This document shows, piece by piece, positions 1 through 9,397 of a DNA stretch of 62,690 bases. The stretch lies in the IMG/VR virus record IMGVR_UViG_3300032883_000564, positions 1 through 62,690 of that record, one strand, 5' to 3'. Every line of letters begins with the position of its first letter. Position 1 is the first letter of the stretch. The notes beneath the pieces are model-generated. The model was given only the letters and a program-made list of their open reading frames with translations, was not told the origin of the DNA and searched no databases. This DNA comes from a virus (taxonomy: Duplodnaviria; Caudoviricetes). The position numbers and the translations under genes are program-made.

Positions 1-122
1 CCCGAGGGGGAAATCGCGATTCCGCCTGGAGCGGCGGTAGGCGAGCCGAGCGCTTCGGCGGTCGCTATGCCCGAGGGGGAAATCGCGATTCCGCCTGGAG
101 CGGCGGTAGGCGAGCCGAGCGC
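1..122. repeat. Exact 53-bp direct repeat (1-53 = 70-122), 69-bp period, coding
   Basis: Direct comparison; corresponds to a recently duplicated repeat unit of the fibre gene. Confidence 0.9.
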
Positions 123-1343
123 CTGCGCTGACGCGATGCCCGGCGCCAGGCTCGTCTGAACTGCACTCGGGGTGCCGAGTGCCTCACCGCTGCTGACGCC
201 GACAGGCTGCAGAGTGACGCCGCCTGGGACAGCCGTCGGCACGCCAAGCGCCGCAGCAGTAGGGACGCCGGCCGGGGACACCGTCTGCCAGACATACGCC
301 GCCGGCTGGCCAAGGCTTTCTGCGCTGGCGATCGACGGAGGGGAGATCGATATCGGGCCCGGGACGGCGGTAGGGTTACCTAGGGCTTGAGCCGAGGCGA
401 TGCCGCCGGGCAGGACAATATCGGCGGTCACCGGCTGGCCGAGCGCTTCCGCGGACGGGATGCCGCTGGGCTGGACCGTCACGCCGCCAGCTACGATGGC
501 CGGGGTGCCAAGCCCCTCAGCAGAAGCGACCCCACCAGGCAGGACCGTGAGCAGGATCAGAGCCGAACCAAGCGCTTCGGCAGATGCAATCCCGGAAGGC
601 TGAACAGAGATTCCGCCCAGGGCGATCGTCGGAGAGCCAAGGGCTTCGGCCGTCGCGATGCCCGACGGGGACGCCACCACACCGCCCGGAGCGGCGGCTG
701 GCACGCCGAGCGCTTCGCAGGACGCGATGCCGGGAGGCTGAGCCGTATTATCGCTGGGGACGACCGGCGTCCCGAGAGCCTCCTCCGATGCGATGCCCGC
801 TGGCTCTAAGCCCAGGCCGCCGAGGGCGACGGTCGGGACGCCAAGCTGGTCGGCACCAAAACCGTCGTCGAACCCGTCGTCGAAGCCCGATAGAACGATG
901 CCTCGCAGTTGCAGCGAGATGCCGCCCAGGGCAATCGTTGGCTGGCCCAGGGCCTCGGAGCTAGCGATGCCAGGCGGCTGGACAGAGACAGCGCCCGGCA
1001 CGGCGCTGGGTGTCCCCAGGACCTCGGCTGTCGCGATGCCGCCAGGTGAAAGCCCGACACCACCCGGGGCGGCCGTCGGCGAGCCGAGAGCTTCGGCTGT
1101 AGCGACGCCGCTGGGGGCAAGCGTCACGCCACCCATCACCGGGACGGGAACGCCAAGAGCCTCGGCCGAGGCGATGCCACCAGGCGAGAGGGTCACGCCG
1201 CCGAGCTGAAGCGTCGGGCTGCCGAGAGCATCGCCAGAGGCGATGCCTGTGGCTGTTACAGTCTGGGGTTCAGCAGAGCGAAGATAGTCACCTGCTTGGA
1301 GCGCTGAGCCGCCAGTGGGCTTGCGAAGAGCGAAGACAGCCAC
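1..1343 (-). CDS. Tail fibre-like protein with ~23-aa GIASAEALGxP repeats (3' end beyond window; absent from the ORF track)
   Basis: GTG at 1343 after GGAG; my translation MAVFALRKPTGG...GIASGDALGSPTLQLGGVTLSPGGIASAEALGVP... stays open to position 1 with 18 repeat units. Confidence 0.85.
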   Translation of the reverse strand, partial: MAVFALRKPTGGSALQAGDYLRSAEPQTVTATGIASGDALGSPTLQLGGVTLSPGGIASAEALGVPVPVMGGVTLAPSGVATAEALGSPTAAPGGVGLSPGGIATAEVLGTPSAVPGAVSVQPPGIASSEALGQPTIALGGISLQLRGIVLSGFDDGFDDGFGADQLGVPTVALGGLGLEPAGIASEEALGTPVVPSDNTAQPPGIASCEALGVPAAAPGGVVASPSGIATAEALGSPTIALGGISVQPSGIASAEALGSALILLTVLPGGVASAEGLGTPAIVAGGVTVQPSGIPSAEALGQPVTADIVLPGGIASAQALGNPTAVPGPISISPPSIASAESLGQPAAYVWQTVSPAGVPTAAALGVPTAVPGGVTLQPVGVSSGEALGTPSAVQTSLAPGIASAQALGSPTAAPGGIAISPSGIATAEALGSPTAAPGGIAISPS

Positions 1344-1365
1344 AACGAGGCAGCTCCTTTACAGG

Positions 1366-1794
1366 CTAAGCCGGGAGCGGGCCCCCGAAGCGCTGCCGCA
1401 GCAGGCAGGCGTAGTACCTGATCATCGTCGGCTCGTCGACGTCGAAGTCGCTGAACGACGGTACAAAAGGCTCTGTCTCCGAAGACAGGATCGCCGCGAT
1501 GCCTTCCATGAACTCGGACTTGTCCGGCCAGTCTGTGACGATGGACTCAAGAAGTGCGAACAGCTTTCCCGGGTGTGCGCGCATGAACGTCTCTAGAGCC
1601 GCCGCTAGCCCGTCGAAGCACAGATTGACTCCGATGCCGGCGTCGAAGAGCGCCTTCGCTGCGCGGCGGAGGCAGGTGCTGCGATTGTACGGGTCAAACT
1701 TAGCACCGCTACGAGCCAGCGACTCGCGAACGGCATTCTCAGGACGCGTACCGTACTCGTTATCAAGATCGAGCAGCGACTTTACGTGCTTCAT
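1366..1794 (-). CDS. Hypothetical protein, coupled to the tailspike gene
   Basis: ATGA overlap with the tailspike stop; no motif recognised. Confidence 0.65.
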   Translation of the reverse strand: MKHVKSLLDLDNEYGTRPENAVRESLARSGAKFDPYNRSTCLRRAAKALFDAGIGVNLCFDGLAAALETFMRAHPGKLFALLESIVTDWPDKSEFMEGIAAILSSETEPFVPSFSDFDVDEPTMIRYYACLLRQRFGGPLPA

Positions 1795-3980
1795 TCGAGG
1801 TACTCCGCCCAGGTGACCTCCGCTCCAATGAAGTGGGCCGCAGCGGCACAGGTGTCGGTACCTTGTGTTCCGTCTCTGCGCACGTCGATCCTCAGCAGGT
1901 TCACTTGATCGAGAGAAGGAGCTACGGCAGACACAGCGGCCCAGATCTTCAAGAGACTGGCGGCGCTGCCCGAAGCTATTGTTGACTGTACTGTCGTTCC
2001 GGCAGCTATTACGTCGCCGCCGGCGACGATCAGCCTATAGTCGACGCTCCAGTACACGTTTCCGGCGGTCGCATCAGGCATAGCCCAGTGCACGTTGATG
2101 GCGATGTAGCCAACGCAGGTAGACGGAAGGACCAGAGTGCCGATACAGTGACCGTTATCCGCCTTAGCCATCACGCGAGTTGATAGCATGTCGTAGCCGC
2201 CGCCGAGCGAGCCGGAAGCTGCTCCGACGACCGCCTTGAACTTCTCGGCAGGAAGCCAAGCGGTCTTCACCAGACCGGTGTTTGCGGTCTTCGGGTTGTT
2301 GCCCAAACGCACCTTGCGACCGGTGCCGGTGTTGTAGTCCATGAACTTCTGGGCAGCAGCAACACCCGAGAAATCGCAGCCGACTACCGAATGCCGGGTG
2401 TTGTAGACGCCAGCCGTCACGGTAACTCCGTACGTGCCAGTACTAACCTCGACTTGACAACCGACCATTGACCACCGATCGCACTGCCCGTCGATCGTCA
2501 ACGCGTAGAGCCCGCCGCCGACGTCACAGTACCAGCTGCAGTTGGTGAAGCTTATGAGGCGCAGGTCGGTCAGCGCGGTGCTGGTTCCCGTGTGCTCGAT
2601 AAGCGAACGCCTGGAGAACTTGACGCCCTTAAACGCAAGCTCGTTCACTTGGGGTGCGTTGTCCCCAGTAGCGGTATTCACCTTGACGTGCAAGGCATCT
2701 CCGGGGTCGCCGTAGATCGTGGTATCAGTGAACCAGACCTTGCTGACAACATTTCCGTTGGATGCACTAGCGTCGATATCAACCGCGTAGTGGACGGCGA
2801 TTTCTATGGCACAGGACTGGATGCGAACGTGGGTAACATACTGGTACCCGGTCGCTGGAGGCCTGATCAACACGCAGGCTTGGTGGAAGTCGATGAACTC
2901 GATGGCCGTGAAGCGCGCACCATCTATCGCAGCGAGGTACAGACCCGCGTAGCCGCAGGTCGTGAACTCTGTCCCGTCGCTCCTCATTTGGGTCTGAACG
3001 GTGCCCTGGGAGAAGTAGTATCCCCAACCGCCGGCGTCCTGACTGATGTAAATGCCGGCAGCATCGGTGTTCGAGGAGATCGAGACCATATCGAAGGCGG
3101 TGCACGAGATCCACCGCGCCAAGCCGGTTATTGACAGGCATCGGAAGTGGCGGTGGGTCTCCTCGGTGTAGCCGTCCCACCAAACGTCTCGGAAGAAGCA
3201 CTTCTTGTTGCCTACTAGCTTGACTGTCGCGCCGGCTGTCTTGTCGACGCCGTCGACTTGGAAGCGCAGGTCCTGAACACCAATGCCGAAAGCGCCAGGA
3301 TCGAACACAAGGCCGTCTTGAGTCGCGTTCGTGAGCACGTAGACGGAGTTGCGGCCGGCACCCACGGAGACGGTGTTGGCATAGCAGGTGACGGAGGCAG
3401 TCGTCTTGTACCTGCCGATCGGATAGAGGACGATGCCGCCGCCGAAGGCGTTGGCCGCCGTGTAGGCTGCCTGGATCGCCGTCGTGTCGTCGGTTGTGCC
3501 ATCGCCGACGGCGCCGTAGTCCTTGACGTTGAACGTCGACGGGTTCCAGGGGCTGATGACCATGCGCTTATCGACGATCTGGTTGGCGTCGATGGCAGTG
3601 TCGCCCGCGGGGACGTAGACAGAAGCGAGGACAGCCGAGCTGGCAGGGATGGCCGGGAACACGGGGTTGGATGCCGCGGTGCCCTTCACCGCCGACTTGG
3701 TGCCGGCGGCGTTGACAACAATCAGGTCGAATCGCGCACTGGCCTCCGCGCTCAGGATCGTGACGTCACCAGCCGCGACCGCGACGGTGGTCCCGCCGAT
3801 CAGGACCGTGCCAACGGCCACCGCGACGAACATGGAGGCAGGGGCCTTAGCAGAAACAGCGCAACCGGAGAGGACTCCGGTGCGCTGAAAGGACAACGCC
3901 AGGATGTCGAAGTCTACCGCATCGGGCTCGGCCTGGCCAGGGAACGCCGCCGTCCCATAGTTCGGTATCGCGAAGGCCAT
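1791..3980 (-). CDS. Tailspike / receptor-binding protein with pectate-lyase-like parallel beta-helix
   Basis: FNVKDYGAVGDGTTDDTTAIQAA cap motif followed by beta-helix-type repeats; N-terminal virion-attachment-like region. Confidence 0.88.
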   Translation of the reverse strand: MAFAIPNYGTAAFPGQAEPDAVDFDILALSFQRTGVLSGCAVSAKAPASMFVAVAVGTVLIGGTTVAVAAGDVTILSAEASARFDLIVVNAAGTKSAVKGTAASNPVFPAIPASSAVLASVYVPAGDTAIDANQIVDKRMVISPWNPSTFNVKDYGAVGDGTTDDTTAIQAAYTAANAFGGGIVLYPIGRYKTTASVTCYANTVSVGAGRNSVYVLTNATQDGLVFDPGAFGIGVQDLRFQVDGVDKTAGATVKLVGNKKCFFRDVWWDGYTEETHRHFRCLSITGLARWISCTAFDMVSISSNTDAAGIYISQDAGGWGYYFSQGTVQTQMRSDGTEFTTCGYAGLYLAAIDGARFTAIEFIDFHQACVLIRPPATGYQYVTHVRIQSCAIEIAVHYAVDIDASASNGNVVSKVWFTDTTIYGDPGDALHVKVNTATGDNAPQVNELAFKGVKFSRRSLIEHTGTSTALTDLRLISFTNCSWYCDVGGGLYALTIDGQCDRWSMVGCQVEVSTGTYGVTVTAGVYNTRHSVVGCDFSGVAAAQKFMDYNTGTGRKVRLGNNPKTANTGLVKTAWLPAEKFKAVVGAASGSLGGGYDMLSTRVMAKADNGHCIGTLVLPSTCVGYIAINVHWAMPDATAGNVYWSVDYRLIVAGGDVIAAGTTVQSTIASGSAASLLKIWAAVSAVAPSLDQVNLLRIDVRRDGTQGTDTCAAAAHFIGAEVTWAEYLE

Positions 3981-4000
3981 CGGGCAATCACCCCCGTCGC

Positions 4001-4354
4001 CTAGATCTTGCCCAGGACCTCCTCCGACTCGATGCCCGGGGGCGCCACGATATCGCCGCCATCGCTGGGCTCGGCGGCCTCAGCCAGAATGAGCGACTCG
4101 TGCCGGGAGCTGGCCACACGCAGGGCGCCCTGTACGTCCTCCACCTCGGCGACCAGGGGAACCCGGGCTGCGGCTATCTCAGCGTCGGCCTCGGCCAGCG
4201 CCGCCGTAGCCCTTACCACCAGCTCCTGCGCCTCAGCCAGGGCCGTCGCAGCCTCGACCCGCTGCGCCTCAACCTCCGCGATCTGCTCTCGCAGGGCGTC
4301 GCGCTGCGTGATCAGGTCGTGAATCTCGGCCTCCACCTTTTCGATTTCAGACAT
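4001..4354 (-). CDS. Coiled-coil protein ending in a fibre-repeat-like peptide
   Basis: GGAGG before ATG 4354; heptad-rich; ends IVAPPGIESEEVLGKI. Confidence 0.75.
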   Translation of the reverse strand: MSEIEKVEAEIHDLITQRDALREQIAEVEAQRVEAATALAEAQELVVRATAALAEADAEIAAARVPLVAEVEDVQGALRVASSRHESLILAEAAEPSDGGDIVAPPGIESEEVLGKI

Positions 4355-4727
4355 GCCCATTACCTCCAGGAGGCGGGCCGGTCCGCACAACGGGCGTCCC
4401 AAGCACCTCCTCAGACTTCACTCCACCAGGCATCTTCCGGCGGAGATCCGAGTTCCAGGCGGCCTCTTTGGCCGCTTCAGCCTGAATGTCGGGGTTGTCC
4501 GTCAGGCCAAACGGCGCTCCCGAGCGGAGCAGGATGGCCTGGTCAAACGCGATGCCGGCCGCCTTCTGGAACTCCTCGGCCTTTGCAGCCATCGTCCGTA
4601 GCGCAGTGGCGAGGTCCTTAGCTGCCTCCCATGGCATCTCCGTCACGCGGCCATTTATCTCAAGCAGGACGTGATGGGCCTGCTGGCCGACGTTCACCGT
4701 CGTTCGCTCAGGCAGAATCACAGGCAT
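4347..4727 (-). CDS. Tail-module hypothetical protein ending in a fibre-repeat-like peptide
   Basis: GGGAG before ATG 4727; contains PGGVKSEEVLGTPVV near the C-terminus. Confidence 0.75.
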   Translation of the reverse strand: MPVILPERTTVNVGQQAHHVLLEINGRVTEMPWEAAKDLATALRTMAAKAEEFQKAAGIAFDQAILLRSGAPFGLTDNPDIQAEAAKEAAWNSDLRRKMPGGVKSEEVLGTPVVRTGPPPGGNGHV

Positions 4728-4754
4728 GGTCACTCCCGCTAATGGCGGATATGC

Positions 4755-5177
4755 CTACAACTTAAATATCTTCGTGGCTGGCGTGTTGTCCCACTGTATA
4801 GTGATGTTGCCTCCGTTCGGCGTCACCGGGTTGCCGGTGAACGTGTCCCACAGCGCGAGCAGGATCGACGTGTTCTCGGTACCGGTGTGATAGTACAGCA
4901 GGATGAGCTCGCACGGGTCGCCGGTGACAGCCGTGAGCAGCGCGTCGTCAGCGTCGGCCACGCCGAGGACGTTCGTCTTCGTGGTCAGCGTTGCCCAGTT
5001 GGCGAGCGCAGCCGGAACACGCCCCGCTGCCGCCACGTCCGAGATGTACTCGTGGGTGTCGATCACCGGGGTGTAGTCAGCGGCGTCAACCAGCCCTGCC
5101 TTGATCGTCTGGCTCGCCCAGAGGATATCGCCGGCCAGGATGTGCTGCCGGCCCTTTCCGTAAAGCGCGTTGGCCAT
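4755..5177 (-). CDS. Minor tail structural protein (MANALY-type)
   Basis: GGAGG before ATG 5177; sequence type recalled from phage minor tail proteins; position in tail module. Confidence 0.7.
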   Translation of the reverse strand: MANALYGKGRQHILAGDILWASQTIKAGLVDAADYTPVIDTHEYISDVAAAGRVPAALANWATLTTKTNVLGVADADDALLTAVTGDPCELILLYYHTGTENTSILLALWDTFTGNPVTPNGGNITIQWDNTPATKIFKL

Positions 5178-5314
5178 CGTCAACCTCCTCCCGCTCTCGC
5201 GGGCGTTTCTCGCGGGTTCAGCAGTCCGAATGTACACGGGCAGCGTGGGGAACGCTAAGGGCACCTTGGCACCGAGTGTGATCGGAAGGCGCCAGCAGGT
5301 TCATCCCACGCGCG

Positions 5315-5557
5315 TCACCCAGGATGCTCGGCTGGCGTCGCCTCCGAAGCGTGTTCTTGCTCGTGGCGCTGGGTCACGGCGTCCAAGGCGGCTTTCAGCA
5401 CCCTTATGGCCTGGTGCGGGTCGCAATCCAGCAAGGTGAGCAGCCAGCCGCCGCCATCGACAAGGCGGATGACGATAACGCCGGGCAGCGCAGTAGGCCC
5501 GGCACTGGGCGATTCGGTGGGCTGCCCTCCAGCCGACTCAACCCCGTTCCGGTTCAC
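5315..5557 (-). CDS. Hypothetical protein
   Basis: AAAGGAG before GTG; co-oriented in operon. Confidence 0.55.
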   Translation of the reverse strand: MNRNGVESAGGQPTESPSAGPTALPGVIVIRLVDGGGWLLTLLDCDPHQAIRVLKAALDAVTQRHEQEHASEATPAEHPG

Positions 5558-5789
5558 GCAACTCTCCTTTCAGGCCCAGCAATCTATCGTGGGGGTGCGG
5601 TAGAGCCCGGGCCTCGCTCGCCTCGCTCTCAGCCTGGGCCTTAGCTTCGATGGCTGCCACGACATCCGCGTCAGAGGCATCAGCGGCCACAACCACCGCC
5701 AGGGGGCGATTCCCGCTGCCATCAAAGACCGTAACGCCTAGTAACGTCGTACCGTTTACATGGCGGACTTCGGAGATCTCCCAGTTCAT
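5538..5789 (-). CDS. Hypothetical protein
   Basis: GGGAGG before ATG 5789 (MNWEISEV). Confidence 0.6.
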   Translation of the reverse strand: MNWEISEVRHVNGTTLLGVTVFDGSGNRPLAVVVAADASDADVVAAIEAKAQAESEASEARALPHPHDRLLGLKGELREPERG

Positions 5790-5800
5790 TCGCTGCCTCC

Positions 5801-8260
5801 CTACGTTGCTACAATCGCCTGGACCGCTACCGTCCAGTCCACCCACACCTCGACGCGGCCCTTCGTGACACTGGTGATTTCGATTGTATGAATACCAGGG
5901 ACGACTACGCCGTCCGCGTCCTGAAGGTACTGGGTGATGTCCAAGAGGGCAGGCGCGTTCCAGCCGCTGCCGCCGCCTAGCGCTGCCGTCCTATCGGTTC
6001 CATCAATCTTCAGGTGCAGGTAGGTGGCGGTGTCCCCCTCGTAGATGCCCCAGCTGAGCCCATGCGTATGATTCCACGTTGCCACCATCTCCGATGAGCA
6101 TGGCGGACCCGAATACGCATAGGCGGCCGAAGCGGCGTCGTAGCTTCCCACCCAAACCCTCGTGAAGATCCCTCCGGGGAGGTTCCAAAATGACAGGAGG
6201 CGTTGGGTGTGGCTCGGGTCCCACGTGCCATCGTCGGCGCCAACCTCGAATATTGTGTGCCGGTGGTTTATATCCCCGACAGCCACGGAGTTGTCGTCCA
6301 TCCAGCTATTGGCTGCCGCTGCCGTCGCCGAGCACCGCATCGCCTTCGGCTTTAGCCGCAGCCGGCAACGCAGGAGCTGGGTCACATTGTCATCAATCAG
6401 GAGGTCGAATCCCAGGGGGTGCGTGGAATCCAAGTCCTGGAGGACCGGCCCGCTTGTGTAGTTGCTGACGCTCGTCTGGACGTGCGTGCGGAAGCTGCGA
6501 GCCGTGTCCTCCACCTTGCCGATCAGCACCTCGTCGGTCGTCTGCAGGGCCCGGTCCAGGTCGCTGACCACCAGCTCCGACGTCTCCGTACCGTCCTTCG
6601 CCCAACGGCGCGTCCGTTCCAGCACGTACAGGTCGTCGTCGACGTCCAGGTACACGTGCCCGCCGCTCGCGTGCTCCGCGTAGCCTCGCCAACGCAGGCG
6701 CACCGCGTCGCCTGGTATCAGGGAAGCGGGCAGACCCTTGGCCGTCAGGCGGTAGGCGCGCTGCTTATCCTTCCAGTACCAGGCCAGCTGGGCCGCCGCC
6801 AGGTCGTACAGGGCATTGGCAGCTACCTCCAGCGCAGCCCGGTTATTCGACAGCGGCGCGACGTCCTTGGCGACGAAGGCCCGCTCTCGCTGACCATAGG
6901 CAGCGATCGACGGGGCGTCGGCGATGAAGTACACGTCCTTGCCGTCCGGGCCAACCATGCTTTGGACAGCGTAGGGCGTTCTCCGCGTGCTGTAGCGAAG
7001 CGTCAGCTGGTCAACGCCATCGCCGGCACCAAGCGGTAGCACCCAATTCCAGATCTCGCTCGACGTCTCCTCGACGGAGAGGCTGTCGACTGCTGCCAGC
7101 TTCTCGTCGTCGAGCAGCAGCTCGTCAGGATACCCGCCCATCAGCGTGATGCCCGACGGCACCATCCCGAAGATGCCAGCCTCCAACCCCCTCACCAGGA
7201 CCCCGCCGCTTTCGCTGACGCGCTCCCGGAGGTGCAGCGCTTGCTGCCCGAGCGCATCGAGGATCGCCTTCAGCTTCGACTCACCATCGAACCGGGCCGT
7301 GATCGCGGCGGCCCGCCAGTCGGCGGAGGACGCGCAGAGCTGCATGCTGGCAGGCGACTCATACCAGGCGCCGACCTGCTGCCTCCCACCCTGCGCCTGG
7401 ACGCCCACGTGGGCGTGGACGGAGATGAAGTCGGTGACCACCTCGCTCGGCTGCGTCGGGACAACGAGAGCAGCAGTGCCGGCCACACCGGTAGCCGAGG
7501 CGAGCGCGCCGTAGGAGGCGCCGGCCGTGTCGACTCCCAGCCAGCTGCTGGCGCCGGCGCTCATGATCGCGGAGCCGCCAGCGAGCGTAACGGTGACGTT
7601 ATGAAGGCCGGCAGTCGGGTTGACGCGCGCCCACACTTCGAGAAGCGTGACGCCAGCCAGCAGGACGCTACCCACGTGAGTCAGCGCCTGCGACCCCCAG
7701 TAGACAGTGCTCACCGTACGCGTCGCGTGAAGAACCGACACGGCCACCAGCAGCAGCTTCCCGCCGGCAGCGACGGTGTGCGGCCAGATCAGCGACGCGG
7801 CGTTCGTGTTAGCGGAGCTACTGCTGTCCCGACTGATGCTGGATCCGGCCGCAGGCTTCAGAGAGAGGGCGCCGAGGGCCCAGCCCTCCTGCCCTGTCAG
7901 CTCCCAGGCGAGATCAAGCGTGGTCAGGCCCGGAACGAGCCGCGTCCAGCCGCCGGTGTCCAGCAGCAGGTCGTCGACGAGCGCGCCGAGCGGGGACACG
8001 GAGTACTGCCGGTTCAGCAGCGTGTTCTTGTACAGCAGCTCCTGGAGCAGCGTGGGGCCCGAGATCTCGAGCGTGTCTTCAGGCTGCTGCTTGCGGGTCT
8101 CGATCTGGCCGGCGAACGCGAGGCCCTCGCCCTCGACGTAGTGCTTCCAGATACGGCCAGGCAGAGCCTCGGCCGTGCGGGGATCGCTAAGCGGGAGCTG
8201 GACAGTGAAGTTGCCCGCGGAGTCAAGCTTGTGGGTGACCGAGGCGCTCTGGATGCTCAT
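5801..8260 (-). CDS. Tail tip / baseplate hub (Tal-like) protein with an inserted beta-rich domain
   Basis: 819 aa, downstream of the Dit-like gene; LIPGDAVRLRW...VLERT resembles hub proteins. Confidence 0.7.
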   Translation of the reverse strand: MSIQSASVTHKLDSAGNFTVQLPLSDPRTAEALPGRIWKHYVEGEGLAFAGQIETRKQQPEDTLEISGPTLLQELLYKNTLLNRQYSVSPLGALVDDLLLDTGGWTRLVPGLTTLDLAWELTGQEGWALGALSLKPAAGSSISRDSSSSANTNAASLIWPHTVAAGGKLLLVAVSVLHATRTVSTVYWGSQALTHVGSVLLAGVTLLEVWARVNPTAGLHNVTVTLAGGSAIMSAGASSWLGVDTAGASYGALASATGVAGTAALVVPTQPSEVVTDFISVHAHVGVQAQGGRQQVGAWYESPASMQLCASSADWRAAAITARFDGESKLKAILDALGQQALHLRERVSESGGVLVRGLEAGIFGMVPSGITLMGGYPDELLLDDEKLAAVDSLSVEETSSEIWNWVLPLGAGDGVDQLTLRYSTRRTPYAVQSMVGPDGKDVYFIADAPSIAAYGQRERAFVAKDVAPLSNNRAALEVAANALYDLAAAQLAWYWKDKQRAYRLTAKGLPASLIPGDAVRLRWRGYAEHASGGHVYLDVDDDLYVLERTRRWAKDGTETSELVVSDLDRALQTTDEVLIGKVEDTARSFRTHVQTSVSNYTSGPVLQDLDSTHPLGFDLLIDDNVTQLLRCRLRLKPKAMRCSATAAAANSWMDDNSVAVGDINHRHTIFEVGADDGTWDPSHTQRLLSFWNLPGGIFTRVWVGSYDAASAAYAYSGPPCSSEMVATWNHTHGLSWGIYEGDTATYLHLKIDGTDRTAALGGGSGWNAPALLDITQYLQDADGVVVPGIHTIEITSVTKGRVEVWVDWTVAVQAIVAT

Positions 8261-8292
8261 GGCACTGCCCTTTGTGTTATAATGCGATCACC

Positions 8293-8805
8293 ATGAGTGA
8301 GCGCTGGATGCCAATCGAGGGGTATGAGAGCCTCTACAAGATTTCGGACCGGGGCCAGATTTACAGCGTTCGCCGACAGCGGCTCCGTCGCCCTTTTCAA
8401 GCCGGTGGATATCTCGTTGTAAGGCTCCATAGTCAGGGTAGGCGGCAAGCCTTCCTGGTCAGCCGACTTGTTGCTGCGGCGTTTCTCGGGCCTCCCCTCG
8501 CTGGCCAGGAAGCCAATCACCTGAGCGGCGATAAGGCCGACAACCGAGTTGAGAATCTGGCGTGGGTTTCGCCGTCTGGAAATGTACTCCACGCTCTTGC
8601 AACGGGACTCTCTCAGCCAGCGTCTCCCCCACGCAATGATAATCGCGGGGCGAGGAACGGCAGAGCCAAACTGTCTGAGGCCGACGTGCTGGACATCAGA
8701 AGTCTGCGCGGCAAAGTCCGGCTGGACGATCTCGCACAGAGATATGGTGTGGCAAGAGTTACGGTCTCGCAGATTATGGGCCGAAAACGCTGGCGTCATC
8801 TCTAG
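8293..8805 (+). CDS. NUMOD4-HNH homing endonuclease
   Basis: ERWMPIEGYESLYKISDRG (NUMOD4); NHLSGDKADNRVENLAW (HNH); C-terminal HTH; TGTTATAAT extended -10 at 8275-8283. Confidence 0.9.
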   Translation: MSERWMPIEGYESLYKISDRGQIYSVRRQRLRRPFQAGGYLVVRLHSQGRRQAFLVSRLVAAAFLGPPLAGQEANHLSGDKADNRVENLAWVSPSGNVLHALATGLSQPASPPRNDNRGARNGRAKLSEADVLDIRSLRGKVRLDDLAQRYGVARVTVSQIMGRKRWRHL

Positions 8806-8809
8806 TCCC

Positions 8810-9394
8810 TTAAGGTATGATCTGCCCTTTCACGGCCCCAGCCGCGTCCACGATCGCGGCCCGGTGGCGCGCAACCCCACCAAGCTCGTAGTACACCGTC
8901 AGGTAAACGTGATTGACCAAGGCCGTATGCGCCCCACCGATGACGGGATCTGAAGTCGCGCTAATAGCGATCCCAAACCCCGAATCTATGTCCCCGGGTC
9001 CCCACTGTTCACCCCACAGCTCCTCCGGTCCACCGTAGGACTTGTAGGCGCCGAGGGCTGGCGACGTGCCCCACACCGTCACCAAGTCTGCCATCTCGGT
9101 TGCCCCAATGACGCCGCCCTTCACGATCCGGATGCGGTAGTCGCGAACAGGGTTGTTGAACTGGCGACGCTTGACGCGGGCCGAGATGCCGCGTACCACC
9201 GCATTACCAGGCACCACAAGACCGAAAGCCGTCAGCTTCAGGTAGTGGGTTATCACGCTAGCACCAAAGATCGGCGCCGCCGCGAAGTTGGCGTCCTCCA
9301 CCTTGGCGTAGTCCATCAAGATCCAGGCGACCGTCCCCACAGAGGCGTCGTCGGCAACTGTGCCCGGGCTCAGGGGACCTAGCGCACGGCTCAT
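8810..9394 (-). CDS. Minor tail protein
   Basis: Beta-rich protein between the Dit-like and hub genes. Confidence 0.6.
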   Translation of the reverse strand: MSRALGPLSPGTVADDASVGTVAWILMDYAKVEDANFAAAPIFGASVITHYLKLTAFGLVVPGNAVVRGISARVKRRQFNNPVRDYRIRIVKGGVIGATEMADLVTVWGTSPALGAYKSYGGPEELWGEQWGPGDIDSGFGIAISATSDPVIGGAHTALVNHVYLTVYYELGGVARHRAAIVDAAGAVKGQIIP

Positions 9395-9397
9395 CGT

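Noticed and set aside
1-1343. Periodic repeats as a CRISPR array
   Set aside because: Degenerate at third codon positions, in-frame and coding; no cas genes seen
1791-8260. Diversity-generating retroelement targeting tail genes
   Set aside because: No reverse transcriptase and no template/variable repeat pair noticed in the window
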